64,000 nucleotides of DNA from Marsupella aquatica. Its lineage: Eukaryota > Plantae > Marchantiophyta. Each line of letters opens with the position of its first letter. Position 1 is the stretch's first letter. This document shows positions 62,501 to 64,000 of the stretch, piece by piece. The DNA is taken from NCBI GenBank assembly GCA_973895155.1, contig OZ316891.1, forward strand, positions 23,931,899 through 23,995,898, given 5' to 3'. The translations under genes were made by a program, and so were the position numbers. The notes below the pieces were generated by a model that was given only the letters and a program-made list of their open reading frames with translations, was not told the DNA's origin and did no database searches.

Positions 62501-64000
62501 CAGACACAACTTTGCGGGAGTGTTGAAGGTTTAGGGTGAGCAACAGCGGAGAGCTCATTGCTTGGTGGCAGGGTTGAAGGTGGATGATCGGGCTGCAAGG
62601 CCAACCGGGGACTTGTTTTGCATTGAGCGATTGCTGCGGATTGCTACGCAGCTTCAGTTAGGGCGGCTTGGTGCTACATCGGCACAGGTAAGGCTGCAAT
62701 CCCCTATCGACGCGGACTCACCTCGTGACTGCAAGTATAGTTGTCTAGGTGATGTATGCATTGCGTGTTTAGGGTCTAGGTGACATCGCTGCTAAGCAAA
62801 ATTTGTGAGCTGCCTAGGTCCATTGCCGAATGTTGCTTCCTTTAAATTACCTGGTGCCTGCTGTTACAATCGCCTGCTCAATCATGCACCCAATCGCCTG
62901 GAGCTCATTTGCCTGGAGCTTCATCCGTCAGATTCAAACTGTTATTGCTGCTCTGCCCTTTTGCCATGGGTTGCCGGCCTACCGGATGCTATCAACAGAT
63001 TAAGAACAAGTCATATCCTAAGTCCCGGTGTTGCAGTGATGTCCCCGACCCTAAGATGCTTTCCAAACTCATCTTTCTTGTTTCCTGTTGCTGCTGATGT
63101 ATGTATGTTCTCCCCTATTTTTGCTTACAGATTGGTCTCTCCACACTTCTTGCTTGACATGATTGTTTTGCTCCTCCCTGTATCAGAACATGCCTTGTGC
63201 CCGGCGGTGGGGTGGGGGGGTGAACAGACGACCTTAAGGTTCACTACATTTCTAGGAACTGTGCATCTTTCAGCTGATTTTAGCCGCAAGTTCCCTTGCT
63301 TTCCCCTGTTTTTGCTAAGATCCCTCCCACTAATCACATGCATCTTTCAGCTGATTTTAGCCGCAAGTTCCCTTGCTTTCCCCTGCTTTTGCTAAGATCC
63401 CTCCCCACTAATGACATGCATCCTTTACTTTTCTCGGTGGCCCGTGCGCCTGCCTTCCTACTTTCGTTCTTATGGACTCTCCTTAGGTTTTCATTCACCT
63501 GGTTTTGGACTTTTTGCTCCGGTGGAATCTGTCTTGACAACTTGTGTTTGTTCTAATTGTTAATATCTCAAGAGGGTCGTCAACTAAGCTGAAAGGAGTC
63601 AAAGCTAACTACAAGCTAGCAAAATAATACAGAGAATGCTCCCAAGTCGAGTCAGGAGGAAGTTACTAAAACTAGACCTTCACAACTCTCGAAACTGGAA
63701 AGTGAAATTCAGCGTGAGACACGTAGCTGAAGGCCACAAGGATAACTATATGGCCACGCTGTCCCCCATTCAAGTCCAAAGTCCTCTTCAGATTGTCTGA
63801 ACTCCTATTGAATGTATTGAATAATTATTTCATCACAGAAATTTTCAGAACAAACACGGAAGCACCAGGGGGCTGAGGATTAGGTATTGAGGCTGAAGAC
63901 ATTGAGGTCATAAACTAGGTGTGGTTCGGGTGACAATGTTAGCAACTGATGCTTCTTCAGGGGAACTTCCCATGTGCAGTTTATCCACACATGATTGACT
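59593..64000. mobile_element. CACTA-3, one end; extends beyond the window
   Basis: CACTAGAAGAAACC terminus followed by repeated GTGACTC/TATAACT/AGTTG subterminal motifs. The predicted TSD is CGA; the partner TIR and transposase are not seen. Confidence 0.7.

Noticed and set aside
60500-64000. Short ORFs such as 62805..63395 as genes
   Set aside because: No recognisable domains, mostly non-ATG starts, and they overlap local duplications.

Overview
Eukaryotic, TE-saturated land-plant DNA; a non-seed plant is plausible but unproven. The only host-type gene seen is a broken BAHD acyltransferase, and most of the rest resolves into nested elements with readable TIRs, LTRs and target-site duplications (TSDs). 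(1) 1-9609: right part of a large Sola/DUF7869-like DNA transposon, with a decayed transposase carrying three TnpA-like N-terminal domains, a divergent ParB-like gene, 27-bp palindromic arrays and a 203-bp MITE with 8-bp TSD. (2) About 10.0-10.8 kb: BAHD pseudogene. (3) From about 11.9 kb: a Ty3/gypsy integrase tail followed by a long TG-starting LTR-like unit that itself contains a large ORF. (4) That ORF is split by CACTA-1 (13817-57502, TSD ACA), which carries a stand-alone EDM2-type PHD gene. (5) CACTA-1 hosts a Bianca-type copia (23000-28706, identical 164-bp LTRs, TSD GATAC) and a second ORF-bearing LTR-like unit (29816-50394) flanked by a 917-bp target duplication. (6) That unit is split by CACTA-2 (31982-48234, TSD GAA), which carries an RNase H1 hybrid-binding-domain gene. 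(7) A third LTR-like copy starts at 58910 and a third CACTA at 59593. The most notable candidates are CACTA elements with chromatin- or R-loop-reader accessory genes and a gypsy-associated family with an ORF apparently inside the LTR. All family calls are by motif recognition, not database search.
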